Shown: positions 11,985 through 25,548, counted from the stretch's first letter. The stretch is DNA of 64,000 nt from Octopus vulgaris (GCA_951406725.2 OX597821.1:109492001-109556000); one strand, 5' to 3'. The notes: generated by a model from the sequence alone, not told the origin. Numbers and translations: made by a program.

Positions 11985-12430
<446 letters not shown>

Positions 12431-12630
12431 ATGTGCGTGTCTAGAAAAGGAGAGAAACTGTTTTGCAATCGGAAATAGAACTTCAAAAAACAAAAAAAAA
12501 ACAATAGCTGGAAGTATCAAGTATCAAAATATATATTCACTCCACTTCAAAAGTAAATATATTTTTTCCTTTCGTTTGTAATTTCAATAGTGTGTACGTA
12601 AATGTTTGTCAGTGGATACGTTTGTTTGTT

Positions 12631-13345
12631 AAGGCAGCAAGCTGGCAGAGACGTTAGCGCGCCGGACGAAATGCTTAGCGGTATTTCGTCTGCCGCTACG
12701 TTCTGGGTTCAAATTCTGCCGAGGTCGACTTTGCCTTCCATCCTTTCGGGGTCGATAAATTAAGTACCAGTTACGCACTGGGGTCGATGTAATCGACTTA
12801 ATACCTATGTCTGTCCTTGTTTGTCCTCTCTGTATTTACCCCCTTGTGGGTAATAAAGAAATAGGTATTTCGTCTGCGTTACGTTCTGGGTTCAAATTCT
12901 GCCGAGGTCGACTTTGCCTTTCATCCTTTCGGGGTCGATAAATTAAGTATCAGTTACGCACTGGGGTCGATGTAATCAACTTAATACCCATGTCTGTCCT
13001 TGTTTGTCCCCTCTGTGTTTAGCCCCTTGTGGGTAATAAAGAAATAGAAATAGGTATTTCGTCTGCCGCTACGTTCTGGGTTCAAATTCGGCTGAGGTCG
13101 ACTTTGCCTTTCATCCTTTCGAGGTCGATTAAATAAGTACCAGTTACGCACTGGGGTTGATATAATCGACTTAATCCGTTTGTGTGTCCTTGTTTGTCCT
13201 CTCTGTGTTTAGCCACTTGTGGGTAGTAAAGAAATGCGTATTCGTTTCTCTATATCTTCTGACTTCAAATACCACCGAGGTCACCTTTGCCTTCCATCCT
13301 TTCAGGGTTGATAAATTAAGTACTAGTTGCGTACGATGGTCGATC
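12631..13345 (+). mobile_element. SINE family C: head plus about 3.5 tandem ~180-bp body units
   Basis: Head aaggcagcaagctggcagagacgttagc, then repeated ggtatttcgtctg...gactttgcctttcatcctttcggggtcgataaattaagtaccag (resembles the MetaSINE/Sauria-SINE central domain)...aaagaaata. Confidence 0.85.
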
Positions 13346-13539
13346 TAACTGACTGGTCCCCTCCCTCAAGATTTCGGACCTTGTGCCTAGAGAAGAATAG
13401 AATTTGTTTGTTTCTATGTATGTCGAGGCTTTTTTCTTTTTCCTTTTATTTTCTTTTTTTGTCAACAAGGAAGAAGATAAATAAAACCAAAGAATTAGTG
13501 TTAGCTTCAAAATTTGTTACAAGGCGTGCCACTACAGAC

Positions 13540-13880
13540 GAGAGATTAAGTCGATCACATCGACCCCTGTGCGTAACTGGTACTTATTTAATCGATCCCG
13601 AAAGGATGAAATGTATAGTCAACCTCGGTGGAATTTGAACTCAGAACGTTAACACAGACGAATGAAATGCCGCTAACCATTTTCACCAGTGTGCTAACCA
13701 TCCTTTCAACTATAGGTACAAGGCCTGAAATTTTTCGAGGTGATAAATCGATTACATCGACCCAGTGCGTAACTGGTACTTATTTAATCGACCCCGAAAG
13801 GATAAAAGGCAAAGTTGACTCCGGTGGGATTTGATCTCGGAACGTAAAGATCCGGACGCTATGTATTTTGTCCGGCGTGA
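13540..13880 (-). mobile_element. SINE family C, two partial copies
   Basis: tgcgtaactggtacttatttaatcgaccccgaaaggat.aaaggcaaagt, the reverse complement of the family C body. Confidence 0.8.
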
Positions 13881-14789
13881 TTCCCCTTCAAAATACGTTG
13901 ATAATAAAATCTGATTGGTTAGTTTCTCTATTTCCTGCTTGGCTCTTTGTTTTTGTTGTTCCTCTTTTGTTTTGCTGTTTTTCCTGTTGTTGTTGTTGTT
14001 GTTGCTGCTGCTGATGCTGGTTTTACTTTTACTGCTGTCTTTGTTGTTGCCGTTTTTGTTGCTGTTGTTGTTGTTATTGTTGTTATCGTTCCTATTTCTG
14101 TTGTCATTCTTCCTGTTTCTGTGCAATTTGAACCCACAACGTAAAGACGAATGTACTTTTTTCTACTCTAGGCACAAGGCTACAAAATTAATATTATAAA
14201 TCTATATAAGATGGCGAGTTGGCTGAATTGTGAATACTCTGCCAGACAAAACGCTTAGCGACATTTCATCCGTCTTTGCATTCTGAGTTCAAGTTCCGTC
14301 GAGGTGGACGTCGCCTTTCATTATTTATTTCTTTTAGGCTGGTGCTTACACGAACGGGCTCTTTTGCCGAGTTTGTATCACATGGGAACGTAAACATACC
14401 AACATCGGTTGCCAAGCGGTGGGGGTTGGACAAGGAAATACACATATGCTTAGAGAGAGAGTGTGTGTGAGGGTTAGATAATATACATATATACACACGA
14501 CGGGCTTCTTTCTGTTTCTGTCTACAAAATCCAGTCACAAAGCTATACTAGAAGACACTTGCCCGAGGTGCTCCAGCTTGGCCGTAGTCAAATGCCTGAA
14601 ACAATTAAAAGAGCAAAAGAATAAAAGAATCGTTATTGATGATGACATAAAAACAAATTAGAAACACCTTTAATTCGAGCAGCGCATATTTAGGGAAAGT
14701 AATTTTCAAGGCATTTACGGACTGTCGTATTTAGAACAATTCTGCATGTGGGCCCCGTGAGATTTTCGGAACATATTAAGAACAACATG

Positions 14790-14824
<35 letters not shown>

Positions 14825-14919
14825 AAGCGTATTAATGCCATCAAATATGGTTAGTAAATGGAAGAATGGTCACCTCTGGAATACCCTTAATTATAATTTG
14901 GGCCTTGTTGGAGGCCCAA

Positions 14920-15040
14920 CCTTTCAAGTACTTTTACAGGGTTTAGAGAAACTGAAGGACCGCTGCAATAAGTGTGTGCATCTGAGAGGGGAATATGTGG
15001 AATAAAATCATAATTTAACTGAGCCTCCTGTATTTTCTTT
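14920..15040 (+). mobile_element. Mariner transposon 3' end
   Basis: QGLEKLKDRCNKCVHLRGEYVE*, the typical mariner C-terminus (RW.KCV...GEY.E). Confidence 0.7.
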
Positions 15041-15046
15041 TATCCG

Positions 15047-15079
<33 letters not shown>

Positions 15080-15119
15080 GTATGTGTGTATGTATGTATA
15101 TATGTATGTATGTATATAT

Positions 15120-15420
15120 AAACAGATGAGTGGTGCAACAAAGCACCAATATTTACTGGAAAATAGCATTCGATACAAATACGACGCTGTTGTAAAGCTT
15201 CACTGCTAAAGACGTGTGAGTGCAACAAACATGAAAAACTTGTCTTACCACTAGGAAGAACATTCGATAAATGGACAACCCAGAATCGGATAATGCAGGA
15301 CTGGTTTCTGACTCTTCAAATACGTTTGACAACGTAAATTTGATCAGTCTTCATCAGCTGCATTTACCTAGACAATATTTCAAATACTGCTACATCAATA
15401 CCAGTATACTCGCCTGAACG
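15120..15420 (-). repeat. Interspersed repeat family E
   Basis: Homologous to 5540-5850; aaacagatgagtggt occurs at 15120 and again at 15541. Confidence 0.6.
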
Positions 15421-15553
15421 CCTAGCCGTAAACAGGACGAGAACAGTGAAAAAGTTTTCAATGAAAAATAATATCGCAATACAAATGTATTACTTTCTAG
15501 TAAAATAAAGCCCCATGAGGGTAGAAGTTTATATATATGAAAACAGATGAGTG

Positions 15554-15617
<64 letters not shown>

Positions 15618-15686
15618 AAGAATTTTTTGCGTAATAAGATAAATAAACAAAAGCTGTATAGATATTAGAGCATTTATAGTTAGAAG

Positions 15687-15738
15687 GTCCTACAGCTGTT
15701 TCTAGGATATTAATTAATAATATCCCTTCTTCGGAGAC
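15687..15738 (-). ncRNA. Type I hammerhead ribozyme motif (U4C variant)
   Basis: Minus: gtct-CCGAAGA-agGGATATT attaatt AATATCCta-GAAA-CAGCTG-TA-ggac; self-complementary stem III; lies between (TA)n/(TG)n tracts. Confidence 0.65.
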
Positions 15739-15807
15739 GGTGTGAGAGGAAAAATTAATTATGGTCTGTCTATAGCACTAATGACACCATTATCTCTTAT
15801 ATATATA

Positions 15808-15888
<81 letters not shown>

Positions 15889-16044
15889 GGTTTTCGGTTC
15901 TCTGCACATAGAAAAAGGAAAACGAGTTTGCTACTGGTGGACCACCTTTTGATCACATTTCTGCCCTATCAAGGTCGACTTCGAGCTTAAAACAAACACA
16001 CACACCAATAATGAGTGATGGAACATGAAAGGGTGGAAGGCAAT

Positions 16045-16950
16045 CATCATCATCATCATCATCATTGTTCGACCGTGGTCGAGACAATGGAATTTACCAT
16101 GCTATGCCAGACTTCACGGTCCATCATTGCATTACGGAGGTCCTGTTGCTGGATGCCTGTATCCCTGGAGATTACATCAGGGTAGGAGAGTGTGCGTCCT
16201 CTGGCATTGCGAGTAGGTGACTTCCAGAGGAGGAGAGTAGAAATTACCTCTTTTTCAGCTCTACAACAATGTCCAGCAAACTGGACTCTCCTACCTTTCA
16301 CAAGAGATGACGCAGGTGGTAGTTTCCCATATATTTGCATTTTGGTTGGATGGCGCTTCCACGAGAGATTTTGAGCTCTCATAAGGAGGCGAGTGTAGGT
16401 TCCATCCAACCGCCTCTCAAGCTTCTTTGATAACGTCTAGGTTTCTGAGCCATATAGTAGAATTGGTTCGACTGTGGCTTTGAAGATTTCAAGTTTGAAG
16501 TCTCTTCTTAGATTTGATGACCAGATCTTATGCATGTCATTACAGGCTGACCAGACCATACCCTTTCTAGTTAGAAAATCTTTTCCAGATGATGATATGT
16601 ATGACCCAAGATATTTGTAATCAGAAACCATATTTAAGAGTTGAGAGTATGGATGATGCAATCACTGTTGGACAGGCACTTGTTTATATATTCAGTCTTG
16701 GCCTCATTGAGATAAAGACCTACACAATTTGAGGCTTGTTCGAGAGATTGTTAAAGAGACTGGGCATTGGAGAGAATCACTTATAAGAGCGATGTCGTCA
16801 GCGAAGTCAGTGTCTGTCAAGTATTCAGCTGAGTGTCTGGAAATTCTTGGTTTTATTTCAAAGCCCTTGCCAGAGATGGTATCAACTGACATACGTAGCA
16901 CATAGTCAATGACAATGATGAAAAGAAATGGGGCGAGCGTGTCTCCCCGC
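16045..16950 (-). pseudogene. RTE-clade (RTE-X-like) LINE, 5'-truncated, frameshifted RT and C-terminus
   Basis: ORF pieces GDTLAPFLFIIVIDYVLR...DTDFADDIAL, YKYLGSYISSS...ILLYGSET, QFAGHCCR...AMMDREVW; (GAT)n tail at 16045-16065. Confidence 0.85.
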
Positions 16951-17090
16951 AAGTACCTCCAGCAAGTGGAAGGCAAAATGGACGCGGTGATTCTTGAACT
17001 CAGAACGTTAAGATATGTAACTAGCTAAATTTTTAAATCTTTTAAAACACACGCGAGATATTTTATCCTGAGCTCTACGGAATCATTTAA

Positions 17091-17180
17091 CCGGATATCA
17101 TGCTACAACAAAACAAGAATAACAGGACATGTCTACTAAGAGATATGACCATCCCCTCAGACAACAATGTTGTTATCTGA
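17091..17180 (+). pseudogene. RLE LINE fragment (PD motif)
   Basis: PDIMLQQNKNNRTCLLRDMTIPSDNN resembles the RPD......C..IDV.VP.D.N motif. Confidence 0.5.
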
Positions 17181-17569
17181 AAACACTGTTTTATAAAGGC
17201 AACCATAATGGCGGAAGTCATAGATACACTTGAGTTCATATAATGACCAATAGGGAAAATCTGAGTCAAAAAGAGGCTGCATGTTGCTTAGATCTATTAG
17301 CATTATCAGTGAAAATCTTCTTTGAATTACATCTTACGTGCTTAAATAAAGGTCACTCTTTATCAAGTAGTTCTATATTCTTCCTATTAATATGGGTTGA
17401 TGGTGGCTGGAATGCCTTTCATCATAGATTTCCTGAAAACAGGCTTGATTTGAGGCTAAACACAAACAACGAAAACATCAACAATAGCTTTGACAATTAG
17501 ACAAAAGAACAAAAATAAAAATGAAAATAAACTTTTTACATTCGTTCGATGTGCTATGACGTATTAGTA

Positions 17570-18025
17570 CCATCTTGATGCAGTCTCAGCTTCGCTGGGC
17601 AGGGCTCGTAGCTCGCTTGTCAGACGATCGACTAACAAAAAGATTGCTCTTTGGCGAGCTGCAAAAAGGAATGCACTCACAAGGCGGCCAGAAGAAGCGA
17701 TTTAAGGACACCCTGAAAGCCTCACTGAAAGCCTTCAACATCGACCATGACACTTGGAAGCAGTCTGCTCTAGACAGAGAAGGGTGGCGATCAGCTGTCC
17801 ACAAGAGTGCCAACACATACGAGAATAATAGGATCGCTGCTGCAGAAGACCGCAGACAAGCCAGGAAGAACAGAGCTAATAACCCTGTAGCAGGCACTAC
17901 CATTCCCTGTCCACACTGTCAAAAACTCTTTCGGGCGCAGATTGGCCTCACTAGCCATCTGCGGACTCACAAAACAAGCCCATCCCCACCCTAGGATGAC
18001 TAGCTGGTCGACGGACAAACTACAC
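17570..18025 (+). pseudogene. RTE (BovB-like) LINE 3' end
   Basis: QSQLRWAG.VARLSDDRLTKRLLFGELQKG..SQGGQKKRFKDTLKASLKAFNID...CPHCQKLFRAQIGLTSHLRTH. Confidence 0.9.
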
Positions 18026-18904
18026 ATATTCTATGAAAATCAACCACATCTTTTTCAGATAATACACTGATTCAAATTTCATGAGGTAAGATGTCGCGTA
18101 CGTTCAGAATGCATCTAGTCCTTGAAGCCTAAAACAAAAGTAATAATGTGATGATAACAGTTTGAGTACGTTTGATCGTAGTTTGTTCTTAACCAAGGAT
18201 GGCCTAGGGATAAGCAACCAAATTTACAACAATGGAGGCAGTTCCAAACTTTAAAATGACCAACAGATGGTCTTTACTAATTTTATACACATCCTTTCTA
18301 AAATATTTCCTAAACTAAGGTAACTTGGTTACTTAGACACTTGATTATTAAGAAAGGTTTTGGCTTGTGTTAACCCAGGCTATGACAAAATTAACAGCAC
18401 CACCTAAAGACGTTTAGCCATGTTTCAATATAGTCATACTTTGGTCGCCAAAGGCCATTCGAGTAAAGATTTATTGCTTAAAGGTTATAAGTGTCTTATT
18501 TGGAATTTCTTTAAAATCCGTTTGAATGTTATGGAACCTTTTTCTCCTATTTATTATGGCGTAATGTTAAAAAGAGCATGGTAATTTGAGGTGAAATAGT
18601 TGTCTTGGAGTTGTGTTGTGACAGGAGTTCGATTTTGGCAGATGACAGATGGCTCGGCGAATAAGTCTTTTGTGAATTAGAACTGAAACTAGATTATTTT
18701 TAGCAGCACCAGAGATTATTATTTCTAAAGCATTTGTAATAGATTTTAAATTTAAAAGAGTACCACATCTAGTATTTAAAGGAATAATAAACCTGGTCTT
18801 TACAAAAAGTAACAGATCTTGCAGATAAAGGAGTAACATACCATGTCTTTAAAGGAATCTTTTCTACTCTAGGCACAATGCACGAAATTCTTGGTGGGTG
18901 GGCA

Positions 18905-19263
18905 GGAGGCCAGTCGATTAGATCGACCCCAGTACGTGACTGGTGCCTAATTTAGCGACCTCGAAAGGATGAAATGCAAAGTCGACCTCGGCGGAATTTG
19001 AACTCAGAACGTAAAAACAGACGAAATACCTATTTCTTTATTACCCACAAGGGGCTAAACACAGAGAAGACAAACAAGGACAGACAAACGGATTAAGTCG
19101 ATTATATCGACCCCAGGGCGTAACTGGTACTTAATTTATCGACCCTGAAAGGATGAAAGGCAAAGTCGAATTCGACGGAATTTGAACTCAGAACATAACG
19201 GCAGACGAAATAGGACTCCGCATGTCACCCGGCGTGCTAACGATTCTGCCAGCTCACTGCCTT
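18905..19263 (-). mobile_element. SINE family C, head plus 2 tandem units
   Basis: Reverse complement of the 12631-13345 units; head gctaacgattctgccagctcactgcctt. Confidence 0.85.
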
Positions 19264-19556
19264 ATGGTCTTTAGAGGAATGGCAAATCTAATGCTTGTAA
19301 AGATGTGTGGCTTAGTGGTAAGAGTGCTGGGCCCACGATCGAATGATTCCTAACTCGGGCAGCGTATTGTATCCATAACTAAGACTTTAGTTTACTCGGA
19401 TGAAAATGAGTAGGAAACCTAATACTAGTTCAGATATCACTCTCTACAGCTGTCACATCTTTGGGCTTCCGTTACGTAAATTGCGGGAAGGGTCAAGAAG
19501 TTGTCGATATCTGCTTGTGACTAAAACGAACAGCTGAAGAATGTTATATGCTAAAC

Positions 19557-19617
19557 CAGTGGTTCCAAACCTTTAAATGAGTTTTCCCACGGGTCCCATT
19601 TAATATACTTATCCTTA

Positions 19618-19663
<46 letters not shown>

Positions 19664-19675
19664 TAGATACATACA

Positions 19676-19729
<54 letters not shown>

Positions 19730-19865
19730 TATATATATATATCGGACCCAGTACTACCCTTGCAGATCACCTGGAGTTCACAGTGTTATAGAATTTGATT
19801 TTCCTCAGTCACATAGTAAATTCTTCAATTCCCACATTCTGTCAATTTCAACAGTTACATTGGTT
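19557..19865. mobile_element. hAT-like MITE remnant interrupted by microsatellite
   Basis: Starts CAGTGGTTCCAAACCT, typical of Charlie-type hAT TIRs; right end degraded. Confidence 0.4.
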
Positions 19866-20164
19866 TAAAATCATGGCAAAAAGCCAGAAAGTTTGGAGGA
19901 ATGGGGTAAGTTGATCAACAGTCACTTACTTTATCGACCCAGAAAAGGATGAAAGGTAAAATCGACTTCGACGGAATTTGATCTCAAAGCGGACGAAAAT
20001 ATCGCTAAGCATTTGCCCGGTGTGCTAACGATTCTGCCAGCTGACCGACTTAATTTCAACATTTTATGTCAGTGAGTAAAATACTACCCTTCATATGGCA
20101 GATAACTTTGAAAGTATATTTTCGCTACAATGGACAATATAACCAAATATGGCACAAATACGAG

Positions 20165-20447
20165 TAAAACCGATTATATTTTTTCTTTTTGCAATATGCC
20201 AAGATTGCAGGATATTTCTAAAGTGTCCCAGTGTTTCTTCAGGTTCGGTGGTATTGAACTTAATGCTACAATGACAACAGGATCAATACTTAGTTTTGAC
20301 TCTCGCAGCCGCCACATATTAACGACCTCAGTCTCCATATTTGTCGAACTTTGTCTTCCTTTCATGACGTTGTGTTGATTTCATGGAACTCCTACTTCAA
20401 TTATTAGGGCCTCTTGCTTATCCTTCTTATAGGCTACTATATTCGGC

Positions 20448-20455
<8 letters not shown>
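20165..20455 (-). pseudogene. R4/Dong-like RLE LINE C-terminal fragment
   Basis: KPNIVAYKKDKQEALIIEVGVP...MWRL...DPVVIVALSSIPPNLKKHWDTLEISCNLGILQK; abuts (TTA)n. Confidence 0.65.
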
Positions 20456-20522
<67 letters not shown>

Positions 20523-20524
<2 letters not shown>

Positions 20525-20700
20525 GGCGGTGAGCTGGTAGAATCGTTAGCACATGGGGTTAAATGCTTAGCGGCATTTTGTCTGTCATTACGTTCTGAGT
20601 TCAAACTCCACCGAGGTCGACTTCGCCTTTTACCATTTTGGAGTCGATTGAATAAGTACCAGTTACGCACTAGGGTCCATGTAACCGACTTACCTATCAC
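20523..20700 (+). mobile_element. SINE family C
   Basis: ggcggtgagctggtagaatcgttagcac...gtcgattgaataagtaccagttacgcac. Confidence 0.8.
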
Positions 20701-20748
20701 CGCAAATGTGTGCCTATAAGAAAAAATATTATGATTATTATTATTATT

Positions 20749-21275
20749 GAGTGAGAGAGCAGCCATGTTACACTGGGGTAAAATATATGAGGCCCAGTAT
20801 ACCCACCATGACTACCCGTCTGATAAGGGTACACTAGGCACATGCATCACAACCATATGTGCGCGACATGGTGATCTCATATCAAGATAAACAGCGCATG
20901 ACCTTGCAGGTGGGGCCCAGCTAGAATTTTCTTCTGGTCAAGTAGCCTATCTCGCTGAAAAGGTCCCTGAATAAGGATTGTTTAAGGATGTTGAACGAAA
21001 CACCCATGTTTCCAGAGATGAATTATTCAAACCCCAAAGAATCCCTTTCAACACATGGGTATGAAGCTTCCCCACTACTTCTGCTCGCGGTCAGAGATGC
21101 ACATATCATCAGCCACTAAAGGACTTGGTCAACTGACAAGCAAATCTGTGGTATTCAGCAGAATATTTGCTGTAGCCCATCTTTTATACCAAGACAAAAC
21201 AATGTACATGATAACACTTCCAATCAGTTAAGATCAGAAGCCAAGAGAGACACTGTTTGGTATTGCATCAGCGTA
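20749..21275 (-). mobile_element. Family D ~555-bp (TAA)n-embedded element
   Basis: Highly similar to 61160-61714 and 55449-55992; (TTA)n on both sides. Confidence 0.9.
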
Positions 21276-21480
21276 TTTGTTATTATTATTATTATTATTG
21301 TTGTTGTTGTTGTTGTTGTTGTTATTATTATTATTAAAGAAGAAGGAAGTACGTATTGGATACTGTAGCCTAAGATTAACTATGTCTGGAAAGAGATGAA
21401 GGTTGAGCTTTCATGATAATTGATTCTTGATTCGAGACAACAGCAAAACAACAGCGGCAGAAGTAAACAAGCTCCACATA

Positions 21481-21521
<41 letters not shown>

Positions 21522-21627
21522 AGTTGACAAAGAGTCGAGTAAACAAACAAACATTCAAACCATTTCATCTACTTACATCATATCTAGATATTTCTCATCA
21601 AACCAGAAAACATCCCCACCTTCTCTC

Positions 21628-21673
<46 letters not shown>

Positions 21674-22145
21674 CTAATGGCCGCCATATTGTTTCCCTCT
21701 AAGTATCAATTGTCGTCATAGGTCACTCTTGTATAGACCGTATCAAGGTGTCATTGATAGCGTTCAGCACATTACTTCCTCCACATAGGCAGATGTTTTT
21801 GCTCAAAAACGATTTAAGCTTTCGGCCAGGCCCATTAGTCTCTTTTTACTGATGGCTGGCTCTAAGTAGTCACGAACTCAAAATAGGATATGCATATCTA
21901 GAATGTCCGGACTCATCTCTTCCTGTTGATATGTTGCTGCATATCTGATCTGTTGTTGTGGTTCTTCTATAATTTCTGTTTATATATCCTTTGCAATATA
22001 GCCTTTAATGCTGTACTGTTTCCCTGTGATCGATCTAAAGCCCATATGTTCTGTGAGTCGTATCTTATCTTTTGATATTGTCCTTTATGTCTTGGACCTT
22101 GTGGTCAATAAAAAAATCCTCCTCATCATCATCATCATTGTTATC

Positions 22146-22180
<35 letters not shown>

Positions 22181-22221
22181 TATTATTATTATTATTATTA
22201 TTATTGTTATTATTATTATTA

Positions 22222-22599
22222 TTCTATGTTTGACTTTTGCTTTATATTTGTACAAGTTGGCTCCAAGTCTCACCCAGAGACCTCAAGAGACAACAGGGTT
22301 GGAAGTTCATGTTGTTGTTATGCCTAGTGTGCCATATATTTGGGGGGTGGGGATGTTGTACTAATGAATGTCTAAAAAAAAAAAGTTCTTTTTTTTTTTT
22401 TTTTTAAACCGAAAATTATGTTTGTTTTAAACCTTGAGATTACATAGAGAGTATTTTGCGTAGGATATGAGCAGTTCCCATGAGCACTATCTTTTGAACT
22501 TCTGCCATTTTTGGGTTTCCTGGTATCTGAGTTAGGTAGCTATCAGCCCCTTTTGCTATCATTCCCAGGGCACCTATGACAACAGGTATTGTTTTAGTC

Positions 22600-22600
<1 letters not shown>
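22222..22600 (-). pseudogene. R4/Dong-like RLE LINE 3' end with (TAA)n tail
   Basis: Minus: KTIPVVIGALGMIAKGADSYLTQIPGNPKMAEVQKIVLMGTAHILRKILSM*, then 3' UTR and (AAT)n; the 5' break is also in (TAA)n. Confidence 0.8.
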
Positions 22601-22657
<57 letters not shown>

Positions 22658-22698
22658 GATAACAATGGTGATGATGAGGATTTTTATTATTATTATTA

Positions 22699-22768
<70 letters not shown>

Positions 22769-23204
22769 GAGTGAGAGAGCAGTGCATATCATCAAAGTGA
22801 TACTGGGGTAAAATATACGAAGCCCAGTATACCCCTCATGACTACCCGTCTGATAAGGGTACACCACACACATGCATCACAACCATATGTGCGCGACATG
22901 GTGATCTCATATCAAGATAAACAGCGCATGACCTTGCAGGTGGGGGCCAGTTAGAATTATCTTCTGGTCCAGTAGCCCATCCCGCTCAAAAGGTCCCTGG
23001 ATAAGGATTGTTTAAGGATGTTGAACGAACCGCCCATGTTTCCAAAGGTGAATTATCCAAACCTCTAAGAATTCCTGTCAACACAGGGCTATGATGCTAC
23101 CCTACTACTTCTGCTCGTGGTCGGAGATGCACATATCGTCAGCCACTACAGGACATGCTCAACTAGTTAAGGTCAAACAACTGACAAGAAAATCTGTGGC
23201 ATTG
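22769..23204 (-). mobile_element. Family D, truncated
   Basis: Same gagtgagagagcagtgcat end next to (TTA)n; far end missing. Confidence 0.9.
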
Positions 23205-23214
23205 ATCATTATCC

Positions 23215-23745
23215 TGTTCGGGACGACGGTCGACATCCCGAACGAATGAAAACAATGAAAAATTCATGAACTGAGCTTGGTGAACCGTTACCACTCAATT
23301 GACGAACTTTTTGATATGACTGGTGTGTCCTGGAGCTCCTGCCAACGAATTTTGAGGGAGGAATTGCTAATTAAAAAAAGTTGCAGCAAAATTTGCGCCT
23401 CGTTTACTCGCAGAAGATGAAAAGCAGTCACGACTGAATGCGCATCGTGAACTGAAAGAACAGTTAGTTGGAAGTTGATCCGGAGCTTTTCGAAGGTCAT
23501 CACTGGTGACGAAATTTGCTACGGAATTTGCAGATGTGGAAGAGGTGAAGGAAAACAAAAGTACGGAGGCGTTAAAAGGCATCACTTCGCAAGATTTCCA
23601 GCACTGCTTCCAACTGAGGAAAACGCGCCTGAACCGATACGTTGCTTCAAATGGAGAATATTTTGAAAGCGATGAAAGTGTAAACATGTAAAACTAAGTG
23701 GATGAAATAATAGTGCCAAATTCTGTTTTCTTCTGAGTACATCCT
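23215..23745 (+). pseudogene. Internally deleted mariner transposase
   Basis: KKVAAKFAPRLL...KVITGDE joined directly to FADVEEVKE...FQHCFQ..RLNRYVASNGEYFE. Confidence 0.75.
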
Positions 23746-23809
23746 CATCATCCGTCTTCGTCTTTTGTTTTCTTACAAATTCTCACTATATATATATTAT
23801 ATATGTATA

Positions 23810-24037
23810 TGTCGTTTGGGGATTTGGTTTGCAAGACTCTTCATGTGAGTTCGTGTGTTGAAGCATATTCTGGTGTGTCTGGGGAGAGTCAGTCTCTTTT
23901 AGTGTCTTATAATTTACCACACTCACCGGTGGAATTTCCACTTAGTTATTCTTTATTTTTCTAATTTTTTTTTTTTTTTTTTGCGTCTTGCAATATTTTC
24001 AATAGTTTTGAGAGTTAAAACTATTGAAAAGGTTGCA
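23810..24037 (+). repeat. Repeat family F with terminal hairpin
   Basis: gtgtctggggagagtc...acactcaccggt shared with 3005-3258 and 31450-31860; hairpin tttcaatagtttt/aaaactattgaaa near 23996-24030. Confidence 0.7.
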
Positions 24038-24040
24038 ACA

Positions 24041-24098
<58 letters not shown>

Positions 24099-24109
<11 letters not shown>

Positions 24110-24587
24110 TCTAGTTGTGTGAGTGTCTGTCCCCTTCGATTTAGATTCCTAACTCCTCCCACATTTTGCGGTGCAGTTTAACCAAATTCGGGTATCTTAT
24201 AGTCGTGATTCATATCGAGCCCGTCTGACTATTAGCGTGCGTCAACGATGAGTCTACGATTTTAAAAATAATTTAACATCATTTTTTTATTCCATTTTAA
24301 TGCATAAAATGCATCGTGTGTCGATGGCGGCGGAGTTGGCGTCCACGCTCACAGCTGCACCTGTTTGCTTCTCCCCCTTCCCTCCCTCGTGAAGCTGTGG
24401 GGAAGGGAGTGTAAAGAAATCAACGTCGTAATGCGTTGTGAAGGAAACCAGCGTTCTTTTAGAACAACGACTTCATGGCTTGAAGACACCAAAACAAAAA
24501 TGGCTAAGAAAGCCCGAATTGGCATCTAAAAATGCTTATATAGTTATTTCCCTTACAAACCCGAGCAACGCCGGGCGATACTGCTAG
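24099..24587 (+). mobile_element. Non-autonomous Helitron
   Basis: 3' hairpin CCCGagcaacgcCGGG then cgatactgCTAG|T; inserted in (TA)n; no TSD. Confidence 0.75.
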
Positions 24588-24659
<72 letters not shown>

Positions 24660-25548
24660 CATATTCCATATATATATAAGTATATGTATTCGCAGATATG
24701 TATGTGTACACACACTTATATGTGTGTGTGTATATATACACACATACACACACATACATACACACAGACATGCATGCACACACATACATACATATATATA
24801 TATGCATACATACATACATGCATACATACATACATACATGCATACATTCATACATACATACATACATACATACATACATACATGCATGCATACATACATA
24901 CATACATACATGCATACATACATACACATGATGGAAGATGGTGCGTGGCCTAGTAAGAGCATTTCATAAACCCCAACCGTAGTTGACTACATTTAGGTTA
25001 GCGATTATATACTCCCATAGTATCGGGCCTGTGTGCTTCGCGGCGCATTTTGTACGTCCGTGTACAGTTCGGAAAGTCCAAAGACGTTTCCTGTGCGTGA
25101 CTTGTTTTAAGTGGATAAAACTTTTCCCAGATCTAAACCTACTTTTCATCGCAAAGAGATATAGGAACAAAGGCTGAGACAACCAGAAACCAATTGTAAT
25201 TCAAAGTTTATACACGACATATTTATATATTATTTATAATATATACTGAATGGAAAGACCTGAATGATTGCAGAATAAGACTGGACATATAAACTTTTGT
25301 TCTCAGTATTAATTTATTATATATACTTTATATATATATATAAATTATAAATTAGGGTATCTACGAGATACCACCATGCTCTGACTCTAAAACCACCTTA
25401 ATTAAGGTGGTTTTAGAGTCAGATCATGGCTGCTATTTTCAGCATTGTGATATCTCATAGATACTCTAAATTATAATTTTAACAATTATTACCACTTGAT
25501 AAGATCGTTTTATTTTAAAATTAATGATCTTATCCTTATTTATATAAT

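Noticed and set aside
12681-13235. Regularly spaced repeats suggestive of a CRISPR array (also 41878-41970 and 37521-37706)
   Set aside because: Units are contiguous tandem copies with no unique spacers, there are no cas genes, and the context is eukaryotic.
21678-21692. YY1-like motif GCCGCCATATT after a (CT)n tract
   Set aside because: A single short motif with no other promoter evidence.
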